Origin: an uncultured Erysipelotrichaceae bacterium
GTDB taxonomy: Bacteria > Bacillota_I > Bacilli_A > Erysipelotrichales > Erysipelotrichaceae
Length of the DNA: 9,389 nucleotides
Assembly: GCA_964457525.1 (NCBI GenBank)
Contig: CAYWGS010000058.1
Location: 1-9,389, forward strand
Direction: 5' to 3'
A program made the position numbers and the translations under genes. Shown one piece after another: positions 1 to 7,444 of this stretch (the first letter of the stretch is position 1; each line of letters starts with the position of its first letter). The notes beneath the pieces were generated by a model, which ran no database searches, was not told the origin of the DNA, and saw nothing but the letters and a program-made list of their open reading frames with translations.

Positions 1-1
1 C

Positions 2-42
2 CCCTGCACAGTTCTTAGCTGAACAAGGGTTTCCTCTTTTTT
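2..42 (+). terminator. Possible intrinsic terminator at the window edge, either for an unseen convergent plus-strand gene or bidirectional with adhE
   Basis: CCCT(2-5)/AGGG(26-29) and GTTC(11-14)/GAAC(21-24) form an interrupted hairpin with loop TTAGCT. It is followed on the plus strand by TTTCCTCTTTTTT (30-42). It lies about 50 nt past the adhE stop. On the minus strand any U-tract would fall outside the window, so direction cannot be resolved. Confidence 0.3.
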
Positions 43-90
43 CTTAAATGTCTACAAATGCTTTACAACTCCACAATCGACTCTTTTTTG

Positions 91-2727
91 TTAGTTTGAT
101 TTGTATGCTTTCTTAAGAATTTCTTGCATGTCTTTTACAAGCGCAAGTCTTGGGTTACATGGAGTACATTGATCTTCATACGCTAAGAAAGAAATCATTT
201 CCATATCTTGATTAAAGGTTTCTTCAGAGATACCTTGTTCGGCAAAACTCATCTTAATGCCACATTCAACCGCAAGATTGTGACACGCTTGTGCATAACT
301 TTCTACGCCTTGTTGGATGGTATCAGCAGGAAGTCCAAGTAGACGTGCTAATTCTGCGTATTTTTCATCTGCTTTATAGTAATTGTACTTTGGCCATGTG
401 GAAGGTTTGGATGGGAATGTTCCATTATAACGAATAACATGAGGCATTAATATTGCATTTGCTCTTCCATGTGGAATGTGCCATTGAGCACCTACTTTAT
501 GTGCTAGGGAGTGATTAATTCCAAGGAAACTATTCGCAAATGCCATTCCTGCTAAGGTAGACGCATTATGTATCTTTTCTCGTGCTTCTGGATCATTCTT
601 ACCATTCTTAACCGCTCTTGGTAAGTAAGTGAATACCATCTTGATAGCTTGTAAGCAGAGGCCATCGGTAAAGTCACTCGCAAGGGTAGATACAAACGCC
701 TCAGTCGCATGCGTTAATACATCTAATCCTGTATCTGCTGTTACACTTGCTGGTAGGTTCATGGTTAAGGTAGAATCCACAATTGCGACACTTGGTGTTA
801 AGGAGTAATCAGCTAATGGATATTTCTTATTGACACGCTTATCGGTTAAGACAGCGAAAGGTGTAACTTCACTACCTGTACCGGATGTCGTAGGAATACA
901 TACGAGTTGTGTTTTCTTACCGAGTTCTGGATATCTAAAGGCACGTTTACGAATATCCATGAACTTTTGTTTAAGATCATCGAAATCTACCGATGGATTT
1001 TCATAGAATAACCACATTCCTTTTGCGGCATCCATCGGTGATCCACCCCCTAATGCAACGATTGTATCGGGTTTGAATGCATTCATTAATTCATACCCTT
1101 TACGTACTGTATCCATCGATGGATCCGGTTCAACATCACAGAATAATTGAATTTGAACTTTATTTCGTCTTAGATTGAGTTGTTCGGTGATTTTAGAAAC
1201 ATAACCTAAGTCAACCATTTGACGATCAGTTACGATGAATACACGTTCGACATCCTTCATTTGTTGGAGATATTGGATGGAATTACGTTCGAAGTAAATC
1301 TTTGAAGGTATTTTAAACCATTGCATATTGTTGTTTCTGCGTCCTAAGCGCTTGATGTTAAGTAAGTTAATCGCGGATACATTGTTTGATACAGAGTTAT
1401 GTCCATACGATCCACAACCGAGTGTTAAGGATGGTATGAACGCATTGTAGACATTACCAATACCACCAAAAGTCGATGGAGAATTCCAGATAACACGGAT
1501 TGCTTTAACCATAAGTGCAAATTCATCTGCGATTTCTTTTGATTCGGTATGAATTGCGGCTGAGTGACCTAAACCATTGAAATCGACCATCTGTTTAGCA
1601 TATAACAAGCCTTCTTGTGTCGATTTTGAAGTGATGAACGCAAGAACAGTACTTAACTTTTCTTTCGTCATTGGCTCTTTTGGACCAATTTCTTTTACAT
1701 AAACACCTAATAGAATTGTTCCATCTGGAACGTTGAAACCTGCTTGTTCCGCAATCCACTTCGCATCTCTACCAACAACCGCTGGATTTAAGTTCGCATC
1801 TGGATTACATGCGCCAGATGATGATGTCGTATTGAACATGAATTGTTCTAACTTAGTCTTTTCTTCACTCGATACAAAGTAGACACCGTATTTCTTGAAG
1901 AGTTCAATCGATGTTTTTTCGATTTCTTTATCAATGATAATGCATTGTTCTGAAGCACAAATCATACCGTTATCAAATGCTTTAGACATGACGATATCAT
2001 TCACCGCTTGTCGAATATTACACGTTTTTTCCATGTATGCTGGAACGTTCCCTGCTCCTACACCTAATGCTGGTTTACCACAGGAATAAGCTGCTTTAAC
2101 CATCGCATTACCACCTGTCGCAAGAATTGTCGCAACATCCTTATGATTCATTAGATCAGAAGTCGCTTCTTTAGAAGGATTATCAATCCATTGGATACAA
2201 TTCTTTGGTGCACCGGCTTTTACAGCTGCTTCATATACAACACGTGCTGCTTCTGTTGAACAGTTCTGAGCACTTGGATGAAATGAGAAAATGATTGGAT
2301 TACGTGTTTTTAATGCGATTAAGCATTTAAATATTACCGTTGAAGTAGGATTCGTAACAGGAGTAATTCCAGCCACAACACCAACTGGTTCCGCAATCTC
2401 AGTAATTCCAGTCACATCATCTTCATGTATAATGCCTACTGTCTTTAAGTGACGCATATGATTAATGACATATTCACAAGCAAATAAATTCTTAGTCGCT
2501 TTATCTTCAAAAACACCACGTTGCGTTTCTTTGACTGCAAGTAATGCTAGTTCCCCATGTTTATCAAGTGCCGCTACAGATGCTTTTGCGACGATAAGAT
2601 TTACTTGTTCCTGATCGAGTAATAAAAAATCATCGAGTGCCTTTACCCCTCTATGCACTAACATATCCACTTCATTCACTGCTCCTTCGACGGTCAAGAT
2701 GTCTTCCAAAACATTTTGCTTTTTCAT
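91..2727 (-). CDS. adhE: Bifunctional acetaldehyde-CoA/alcohol dehydrogenase (AdhE)
   Basis: 878-aa ORF of typical AdhE length. The N-terminal acylating aldehyde dehydrogenase domain carries the catalytic-Cys context FDNGMICASEQ. The C-terminal iron alcohol dehydrogenase domain has GGGSPMDAAK and the His-rich metal site HSLAHKVGAQWHIPHGRANA. An AAGGAG Shine-Dalgarno at 2734-2739 sits 6 nt upstream of the ATG at 2727. Confidence 0.97.
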   Translation of the reverse strand: MKKQNVLEDILTVEGAVNEVDMLVHRGVKALDDFLLLDQEQVNLIVAKASVAALDKHGELALLAVKETQRGVFEDKATKNLFACEYVINHMRHLKTVGIIHEDDVTGITEIAEPVGVVAGITPVTNPTSTVIFKCLIALKTRNPIIFSFHPSAQNCSTEAARVVYEAAVKAGAPKNCIQWIDNPSKEATSDLMNHKDVATILATGGNAMVKAAYSCGKPALGVGAGNVPAYMEKTCNIRQAVNDIVMSKAFDNGMICASEQCIIIDKEIEKTSIELFKKYGVYFVSSEEKTKLEQFMFNTTSSSGACNPDANLNPAVVGRDAKWIAEQAGFNVPDGTILLGVYVKEIGPKEPMTKEKLSTVLAFITSKSTQEGLLYAKQMVDFNGLGHSAAIHTESKEIADEFALMVKAIRVIWNSPSTFGGIGNVYNAFIPSLTLGCGSYGHNSVSNNVSAINLLNIKRLGRRNNNMQWFKIPSKIYFERNSIQYLQQMKDVERVFIVTDRQMVDLGYVSKITEQLNLRRNKVQIQLFCDVEPDPSMDTVRKGYELMNAFKPDTIVALGGGSPMDAAKGMWLFYENPSVDFDDLKQKFMDIRKRAFRYPELGKKTQLVCIPTTSGTGSEVTPFAVLTDKRVNKKYPLADYSLTPSVAIVDSTLTMNLPASVTADTGLDVLTHATEAFVSTLASDFTDGLCLQAIKMVFTYLPRAVKNGKNDPEAREKIHNASTLAGMAFANSFLGINHSLAHKVGAQWHIPHGRANAILMPHVIRYNGTFPSKPSTWPKYNYYKADEKYAELARLLGLPADTIQQGVESYAQACHNLAVECGIKMSFAEQGISEETFNQDMEMISFLAYEDQCTPCNPRLALVKDMQEILKKAYKSN

Positions 2728-2737
2728 CGTAATCTCC

Positions 2738-2755
2738 TTGTGTTATTTTTCACAA
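2738..2755. promoter_or_regulatory. Rex-type operator, box 1 (minus-strand reading TTGTGAA-AAAT-AACACAA)
   Basis: 18-bp imperfect palindrome matching the Firmicute Rex consensus TTGTGAAnnnnTTCACAA at about 12 of 14 specified positions. It lies between the putative -10 and the adhE SD and touches the SD. adhE is a classical Rex regulon member. Confidence 0.65.
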
Positions 2756-2759
2756 GATA

Positions 2760-2788
2760 AGATTATGCTTATTCAATTAACTTGTCAA
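2760..2788 (-). promoter_or_regulatory. Putative sigma-A promoter of adhE
   Basis: Perfect -35 TTGACA (minus strand, 2788..2783). The -10 is either CATAAT (2767..2762, 15-nt spacer) or TAATCT (2765..2760, 17-nt spacer). It is flanked by Rex boxes 2 (upstream) and 1 (downstream). Confidence 0.55.
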
Positions 2789-2794
2789 ACGATT

Positions 2795-2812
2795 TTGTTA
2801 TATATTTCACAA
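2795..2812. promoter_or_regulatory. Rex-type operator, box 2 (minus-strand reading TTGTGAA-ATAT-ATAACAA)
   Basis: 18-bp imperfect palindrome with one perfect half-site, TTGTGAA. The other half, ATAACAA, is close to the clostridial TTAACAA variant. It lies 6 nt upstream of the -35 TTGACA. Confidence 0.65.
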
Positions 2813-2858
2813 GTAAGCGATTTCAATGATTATCATTTTAATACTTGTTAAAAAGCAT

Positions 2859-2889
2859 AAAAAAAATACATTGAAACATGTACTTTTTT
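2859..2889 (-). terminator. Weak AT-rich hairpin, possible terminator of the patatin-ending transcript
   Basis: Minus strand reads AAAAAAG-TACAT-GTTTCA-ATGTA-TTTTTTTT. The core stem is 5 bp and is extendable by A:U pairs, and a U8 tract follows. The stem is very weak, so function is uncertain. Confidence 0.3.
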
Positions 2890-2905
2890 GTTATATTTTT
2901 CACAA
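2888..2905. promoter_or_regulatory. Rex-type operator, box 3 (minus-strand reading TTGTGAA-AAAT-ATAACAA)
   Basis: Third copy of the same 18-bp palindrome. It shares an identical 15-nt stretch, tttttcacaagataa, with box 1. It starts 7 nt downstream of the patatin stop codon, about 100 nt upstream of the adhE -35. Confidence 0.55.
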
Positions 2906-2911
2906 GATAAC

Positions 2912-3763
2912 TTACTTACCTAAGAATTTAAGAATTAATTCACGTTTTGTTTCGCAATCACTCTTACCTAAATCGAACATATTTTGGACTTGTTCAAGGG
3001 TTGCGCTGAAGCGTTTTGCCCCAAAGTCTTTACTTGGTTGTAAATGAACAACCTTACCTTCTTTCTCTAATTGACGAACCAAATCCATCTCACGATTGTA
3101 TACATCTTTTCGTTTTCTAAAGTCTTGTAATAAGATTTTATATTTGCCATAAATAATATCTAACAAAAATTGAGTGAGTGGACTATTATCCTTACGAACA
3201 AAATTACTTGGTTTTGTCGTAACGACCACAATCTTATCCGCTTCATGTTCAAGTGCTCTTTCAACTGGGATCATTGTTGTAACTCCCCCATCCATAAACC
3301 ACTCACCATTTACTTTTACATTTCTACCAGCTATTGGTAGAGTACAAGCAGCTTGTAAGAGTTTAATTTTATCATCCACATCACTTTGGTTATACCAAAT
3401 TGTTTTTTGAATGGCTAAACGATATACACCAAACTCAACGAGTGAAGGAATACTACGAATACGATCTGCAGTCATATTCAATCGTTTAGTTAATAATTCT
3501 TCAAACATGAAGTTATATCCGACTGGCGTTCCTTCTCTTAAGATAGCACGCCAACCAACATTATTGGGTAAAACAGAATAATCAACCGATGAATCATGGA
3601 GTAACTTCACATCTTTCATCGCCAAACTAAAGGCATGCATTGCACCTGAAGATATTCCAATATGTAAATCAAATTCGATATTATTTTCAATAAACCAAGC
3701 ACAAACCCCTGCAGTATAAGCTCCTCTGAGCCCACCGCCTTCAAGTACAATCGCAGTTTTCAT
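2912..3763 (-). CDS. Patatin-like phospholipase family protein
   Basis: 283-aa ORF with the oxyanion-hole motif GGGLRGAY, the GxSxG nucleophile GISSG and the catalytic Asp in MDGG. The SD AGGAG (about 3771-3775) overlaps the cls stop codon and GGAG lies 7 nt before the ATG at 3763. Confidence 0.9.
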   Translation of the reverse strand: MKTAIVLEGGGLRGAYTAGVCAWFIENNIEFDLHIGISSGAMHAFSLAMKDVKLLHDSSVDYSVLPNNVGWRAILREGTPVGYNFMFEELLTKRLNMTADRIRSIPSLVEFGVYRLAIQKTIWYNQSDVDDKIKLLQAACTLPIAGRNVKVNGEWFMDGGVTTMIPVERALEHEADKIVVVTTKPSNFVRKDNSPLTQFLLDIIYGKYKILLQDFRKRKDVYNREMDLVRQLEKEGKVVHLQPSKDFGAKRFSATLEQVQNMFDLGKSDCETKRELILKFLGK

Positions 3764-3772
3764 TCTCTTCTC

Positions 3773-5290
3773 CTATAAAAGTGTACTAAACATATTTAAT
3801 ATCGCACGCCACAATTTTACCATAAAATTAACATTCTTCGCTTCTTCATACGTGATTTCAATGCACTTCGATAATGTATCTTTGCAGTCATCTACGATAT
3901 CTTTAATACTTGGATCATCGATAATTAGAGAACCACATTCAAAGTGTAAGAAGTAACTTCTAAAATCTAAATTCGTTGTGCCAACAATCGCTACACGATC
4001 ATCCGCTACCATAACCTTCGCATGTAAGAAACCAGGAAGATATTCATAAATACGAACACCATTTTGAGTGAGATACTCATAATTACTTCGAGTTACTGAG
4101 AACACATATTTCTTATCTGGAATATGGGGCACCATGATTCTAACATCGACTCCACTCTTAGCCGCATTCACAAGTGCAATCATGATTTCATAGCCAATAA
4201 CTAAATATGGAGTCATGATATAGATATAACTAGATGCACTATTAATTAGGTTTAAATGGGTAAACTGACTAACTGGTTCTTCATCGGTTGGACTATCTGA
4301 GAAATTTTGTACATAACCCACATTCTCATATTTCTTAGGATTCCCATAATACCAACTATAATCTGATATTTCTTTCGATACATGATCATAAAACTGTAAG
4401 AACATTAAGCTTAAACTATAAACCGCTTCACCCTCAAACTGTACGGCCACATCTTTCCAATGACCAAATGGACTGATTCGATTAATGTATTCATCCGCTA
4501 AGTTCATACCACCAATAAATCCAATTCTTCCATCCACAACCGCTATCTTTCTATGATCACGATTGTTCATATAAATTGCGAGAATCGGTCTTAGTGGATT
4601 AAACGCAAACGCTTTTATACCTAACGCCCGACAATCTTCAAGGAATTCATACGGCAATGATTTACTTCCTGCATCATCATAGATGAGTTTTACATCTACA
4701 CCTTCTTTAACTTTACTCACTAATATTTCTTTTATCGTGGACCAAACATACCCTTCTTTAATAATGAAATACTCTAAAAGGATAAACTTCTCAGCCGATT
4801 TTAATGCATTAACTAATGCTTCAAACTTCGCCTCACCACTTGATAAATAAGTTACTTTCGTATTCTTATAGATCGGAAATCCAGTATTATCATACAAGTA
4901 ACGCGCTTGTCTTAAATATTCTTTTTCGTGGATTGAATCCATAACGGCTTTTTCCTGTATAAGGATAGCTTGTCCATTATTTAACTCTTTTATTCCTGTA
5001 CGAATATCTCTTGGAACTTTACGTCCACCAAACATAAGATAAGTAATACCACCGACTAAAGGAATCCCTAAGATAAAGATAATCCAAGTCATTTTATACG
5101 ATGGATTGTCATTCTTATTCAGGATATAAATAACAATCATCATATTAAGCACTTGTACGATAAACAAAAACTCTGTTAACCGAACACTTAATAGATAAAT
5201 AAGCATATAAATAAGACCTAATTGTAAAAGAATTAGAATACTTACACTTATAGGCTTTTTAACTAAAAAATTGATCAGTCTTTTCATCAT
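3773..5290 (-). CDS. cls: Cardiolipin synthase (phospholipase D superfamily, ClsA type)
   Basis: 505-aa ORF with two N-terminal hydrophobic helices. It has two HKD motifs (HRKIAVVDGRIGFIGGMN and HAKVMVADDRVAIVGTTN) at the spacing typical of bacterial Cls. Its start ATG overlaps the upstream PHP gene stop as ATGA (5287-5290). Confidence 0.93.
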   Translation of the reverse strand: MMKRLINFLVKKPISVSILILLQLGLIYMLIYLLSVRLTEFLFIVQVLNMMIVIYILNKNDNPSYKMTWIIFILGIPLVGGITYLMFGGRKVPRDIRTGIKELNNGQAILIQEKAVMDSIHEKEYLRQARYLYDNTGFPIYKNTKVTYLSSGEAKFEALVNALKSAEKFILLEYFIIKEGYVWSTIKEILVSKVKEGVDVKLIYDDAGSKSLPYEFLEDCRALGIKAFAFNPLRPILAIYMNNRDHRKIAVVDGRIGFIGGMNLADEYINRISPFGHWKDVAVQFEGEAVYSLSLMFLQFYDHVSKEISDYSWYYGNPKKYENVGYVQNFSDSPTDEEPVSQFTHLNLINSASSYIYIMTPYLVIGYEIMIALVNAAKSGVDVRIMVPHIPDKKYVFSVTRSNYEYLTQNGVRIYEYLPGFLHAKVMVADDRVAIVGTTNLDFRSYFLHFECGSLIIDDPSIKDIVDDCKDTLSKCIEITYEEAKNVNFMVKLWRAILNMFSTLL

Positions 5291-6060
5291 TTAATTCGGT
5301 AGTGATGATTAATGGATAAATCTAAACCAGATAAAATCTCATTAACTACATCAATCCTTTCCTTTTCAAGCAATGTATAAGGCTTATGCGCATCATAGCT
5401 GTAGAGGCATTCCACATCATACTTGGATACAATTTCCCAGAATGGACGATAAGGGTATGGATAAGCTTTCTCTCCATCATAAGTAAATTTACCATATCGA
5501 ATTCCATTTAGGTTTATTTCTAAGGGAATCTTATTTTCATGTGCTGCTTTCGCAATAATATGCGCAGCTTCTTCACATGCTTTAGACCAAGAACGTCTTC
5601 CAATCATAAAATAATCAGGATGAGCAACAAAACGTATCAATCCGCTTTCCATCGCTTCTTTAACTTGATTAGCATAGACTAAAACATCTTCATCATTGGT
5701 TAATTGATCATACGCATATTTATCCAACACTTTGTTATGTTGACCACAGATTAGATAATCACAACGATCTAATAAGGCTTGATAGTATTCCTTATATTCC
5801 GGGAAATATTCAATTTCAAATCCTAACTTGATATCAATTACTCCAGCATATTTCTTTTTTAAGGTTTCAATACTTTCAATATAATCATCTAATTGATCAT
5901 AATTCATACGATCACTTGGATGAACAACATTCTTAAAAGGTACGTGATCACTGAATCCTAGAAACTTAATTCCAGCTTCAATCGCTGCACGTACATATTG
6001 TTCATCATCGCCTGTCGCATGACCACAGCGTTCTGTATGCGTATGATAATTATAGTCCAT
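5287..6060 (-). CDS. PHP-family phosphatase, HisJ-type (histidinol-phosphatase-like)
   Basis: PHP metal-binding motifs are present: YHTHTERCGHA (HxH), FSDH, a conserved Glu in FEIEYF, VAHPDY and YDAH. I prefer the ATG at 6060 (MDYNYHTHT) because GAGG lies 6 nt upstream of it. The track start at 6072 (MRKVM) has no SD. Either start overlaps the HAD gene end. Confidence 0.85.
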   Translation of the reverse strand: MDYNYHTHTERCGHATGDDEQYVRAAIEAGIKFLGFSDHVPFKNVVHPSDRMNYDQLDDYIESIETLKKKYAGVIDIKLGFEIEYFPEYKEYYQALLDRCDYLICGQHNKVLDKYAYDQLTNDEDVLVYANQVKEAMESGLIRFVAHPDYFMIGRRSWSKACEEAAHIIAKAAHENKIPLEINLNGIRYGKFTYDGEKAYPYPYRPFWEIVSKYDVECLYSYDAHKPYTLLEKERIDVVNEILSGLDLSINHHYRIK

Positions 6061-6895
6061 TACTTTCCTCATTTATTTTTAGTACCATTTCGATCGCTTC
6101 CGCAACACTCTTAACAATATAGTGACTGCTTTCTTTAACAATCGCATCAGAATGACTCATCGCAAAACTATACGGTGTAACTTGTAACATGGTAATGTCA
6201 TTCATAGAATCACCGATGGTCGCAACTTCAGTTGGTTTATACCCCTTAAGTTCCATTAACTCCAAGAGTGCATTTCCTTTTGAAATACCTTTTGGCATGA
6301 GTTCAATATTTTCTAAACCTGAGTAAATAACATCTAAACGATCCCCATATTCTTTTTCAAAGAAATCTAGAAGTATATCACGATCTTTAACAGTCTTAAC
6401 AAGACCAACCAGTTTATTAAACGGAGGTTTAGTTTCATCTTTAATCCATTCAGAAAGAGGTAAATCACTCATGTGCTTAAAAACACCTTGTTTATGTAAT
6501 TCATAGAACCTTTGATACGGTTCACGATCAACATATTGGAATACATGATCCCCATTTGAATTAATACCCAAAAAGTTTACTTCAACAGGAGCGTTCTTCA
6601 ATGTTTCTAATACATCAACTGTATCTTGATGTGTTAAACCATGATCACAAAGAACCTCATTATCAATAACGACATTACATCCATTCATCCCAATCGCATC
6701 GACTTGAAACCCAAACTCTTTTTCAAGAATCAAACGATAGAAATGATCTCTACCACTTGCCATCATAAATCGAACACCCGAATTATGGAGTTTCTGTACT
6801 GCTTCATAATTCTCTAAACTAATATCACGTGCATGAGTATTCGACTCATTGTATAAAAGCGTACCATCCATATCACTAACAAATAACTTAATCAT
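6050..6895 (-). CDS. Cof-type HAD-IIB family hydrolase (sugar-phosphate-phosphatase-like)
   Basis: 281-aa ORF with HAD motif I DMDGTLL near the N-terminus, motif IV GDSMND, and a cap-domain length typical of the Cof/YidA subfamily. The SD AAGAGG lies 5 nt before the ATG at 6895. Confidence 0.9.
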   Translation of the reverse strand: MIKLFVSDMDGTLLYNESNTHARDISLENYEAVQKLHNSGVRFMMASGRDHFYRLILEKEFGFQVDAIGMNGCNVVIDNEVLCDHGLTHQDTVDVLETLKNAPVEVNFLGINSNGDHVFQYVDREPYQRFYELHKQGVFKHMSDLPLSEWIKDETKPPFNKLVGLVKTVKDRDILLDFFEKEYGDRLDVIYSGLENIELMPKGISKGNALLELMELKGYKPTEVATIGDSMNDITMLQVTPYSFAMSHSDAIVKESSHYIVKSVAEAIEMVLKINEESNGL

Positions 6896-6922
6896 ATTAA
6901 CCTCTTTCTAGTAAATTATGCT

Positions 6923-6949
6923 AAAACATAAAACAGTCTACAATAGACT
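6923..6949 (-). terminator. Short hairpin plus U-rich tract immediately after the GNAT stop (weak terminator or attenuation point)
   Basis: Minus strand reads TAA-AGTCTA-TTG-TAGACT-GTTTTATGTTTT. The stem is 6 bp (6935-6949) with a 3-nt loop and a U-rich tail (6923-6934). A CATAAT -10-like hexamer follows, before the HAD SD. Confidence 0.3.
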
Positions 6950-7405
6950 TTACAAATACTTTACAAAGATTGCTTTCTCACGATCCCCTTGTGCATATAA
7001 CACATGATCTCTGGGAACAATCTTCGTCTCAACAAACGCACACCCTGCTAATTCACAGGTACGATAGGACGCAATATTATCTGTATTACAGGTAATAATA
7101 AGTTCTTTCATCTTGAAGTAAGCCGCTTGTTTAAATAACAGCTTACATGCCTTAGCTGCATAATGATGACCGCGATAAGGAACATAAATGGTATAGCCAA
7201 TATGACCTGCGAGATCTAAGGTCTTGGATTGCCCTAAGCGTAAATCACATCGACCAACAACTCTTCCTGTTTCAATAACTATGACATCATAAACATAGGA
7301 TAATCCCCATCCTTCTGGGTCATTATCCTTATATTTACTGACATATTTTAATTTAATTTCACCATCATCAAGGTTCGGACTTTTTCTAAAGAACATAGTT
7401 ATCAC
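6950..7405 (-). CDS. GNAT family N-acetyltransferase (RimJ/RimL-like, Acetyltransf_3 type)
   Basis: About 150-aa ORF with the acetyl-CoA-binding core GHIGYTIYVPYRGHHYAAKACKLL and a C-terminal ...NIASYRTCELAGCAFVE... segment typical of this family. The start is uncertain: the track start at 7405 is a GTG and an in-frame ATG lies at 7396. Neither has a recognisable SD. Confidence 0.8.
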   Translation of the reverse strand: MITMFFRKSPNLDDGEIKLKYVSKYKDNDPEGWGLSYVYDVIVIETGRVVGRCDLRLGQSKTLDLAGHIGYTIYVPYRGHHYAAKACKLLFKQAAYFKMKELIITCNTDNIASYRTCELAGCAFVETKIVPRDHVLYAQGDREKAIFVKYL

Positions 7406-7413
7406 GCAAGTTT

Positions 7414-7422
7414 ATTATATCA
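7414..7422 (-). promoter_or_regulatory. Candidate extended -10 promoter element (TGATATAAT) in the asnB-GNAT spacer
   Basis: The minus strand reads TG-A-TATAAT, a perfect TGnTATAAT. The corresponding -35 region (TATAAA) is poor. The element ends 8 nt before the GTG at 7405. Confidence 0.35.
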
Positions 7423-7444
7423 AAGATTATCTTTGTTTTATACC

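Noticed and set aside
1895-2089. 64-aa plus-strand ORF inside adhE
   Set aside because: It is entirely antisense to a highly conserved region of adhE. It has no SD and a low-complexity, non-family-like sequence, so it is a typical shadow ORF.
2781-2800. cre-like sequence (ACAAAATCGTTTGACA on the minus strand) overlapping the adhE -35
   Set aside because: Centring on the CG gives about 4-5 mismatches to TGWAANCGNTNWCA, including the outer TG/CA positions. That is too weak to call a CcpA site by eye.
2826-3047. 73-aa plus-strand ORF spanning the adhE-patatin intergenic region and the patatin 3' end
   Set aside because: It has no SD or promoter context and its composition is Lys/Ile/Leu-rich, driven by AT-rich DNA. 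It overlaps the Rex box and hairpin region and the antisense of the patatin gene, so it is most likely spurious.
3174-3410. 78-aa plus-strand ORF inside the patatin gene
   Set aside because: It is antisense to the conserved catalytic region (DGG) of the patatin ORF and has no independent signals.
2912-5290. A PLD-family plus patatin pair as a possible anti-phage or toxin effector module
   Set aside because: The PLD protein has the N-terminal transmembrane helices, dual HKD spacing and length of a housekeeping cardiolipin synthase. There is no sensor, NTPase, cyclase, immunity gene, mobile-element flank or compositional break. The neighbours are core metabolism genes.
7421-7435. Inverted repeat CAAAGA-TAA-TCTTTG after asnB as a terminator
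   Set aside because: No U-tract follows (ATATAATAAAC instead) and the stem is only 6 AT-rich bp. I kept it only as a note within the GNAT promoter finding.
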